A stretch of 64,000 nucleotides of DNA from Candidatus Woesebacteria bacterium (lineage in GTDB: Bacteria > Patescibacteriota > Microgenomatia > UBA8517), in the NCBI GenBank assembly GCA_013426185.1, contig CP058602.1:463123-527122 (forward strand), read 5' to 3'. The notes below the pieces were generated by a model that saw nothing but the letters and a program-made list of their open reading frames with translations, made no database searches and was not told the origin of the DNA. The translations under genes and the position numbers were made by a program. Shown here piece after piece: positions 63,835 through 64,000 of the stretch. Numbering within the stretch: the first letter of the stretch is position 1; each line of letters starts with the position of its first letter.

Positions 63835-64000
63835 TTATCTCTCCTTCTTCTTGTGAATATAAACTTTTACTCCCACATAACCCTTTTTGGGCAAAGCAGG
63901 AACTTGTGCATAATCTATATTTTCCCTTAAAGTTTGTGTTGGGACCGAGCCTAAATGATACTTTTCCACTCTTGAAATATCAGCTCCTTCAATTCTTCCT
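63835..64000 (-). CDS. rpsC: 30S ribosomal protein S3, 3' end (partial)
   Basis: GRIEGADISR...VPTQTLRENIDYA...GVKVYI. Confidence 0.9.
   Translation of the reverse strand, partial: GRIEGADISRVEKYHLGSVPTQTLRENIDYAQVPALPKKGYVGVKVYIHKKKER

Overview
The window has two parts. (1) Bases 1 to ~40,200 are the right-hand ~40 kb of an apparently intact temperate, podovirus-like prophage. In order it encodes a Rad52/Sak-like annealase, an HTH replication initiator with internal iterons, a ParB-methyltransferase, terminase, portal, scaffold, major capsid, tail adaptor/nozzle/fibre, a 1795-aa polyvalent protein, a lysis cassette and a tyrosine integrase. It is inserted into, and truncates, the host comM/yifB gene at the Walker B motif. 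Several independently promoted morons encoding secreted or surface proteins interrupt the head module. (2) Bases ~40,200-64,000 are AT-richer host chromosome: rnpB, miaA, an ABC transporter, HU, rny, recX, recA, tRNA-Pro and the S10-spc-alpha ribosomal cluster lacking rpmD. This fits a Patescibacteria/CPR host, probably Microgenomates-like (inference). The strongest candidate for an undescribed system is a putative RNA-based late-gene switch. Both structural-gene promoters are followed by an identical 22-nt element (GCCTGACGAATTTATCGGGGCT) that overlaps, and can compete with, an intrinsic terminator. The phage also encodes a YezD/DUF2292-like small protein, a KhpA-like KH protein and a further structured RNA after the capsid gene. 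All family assignments are by-eye motif recognition; no searches were run.
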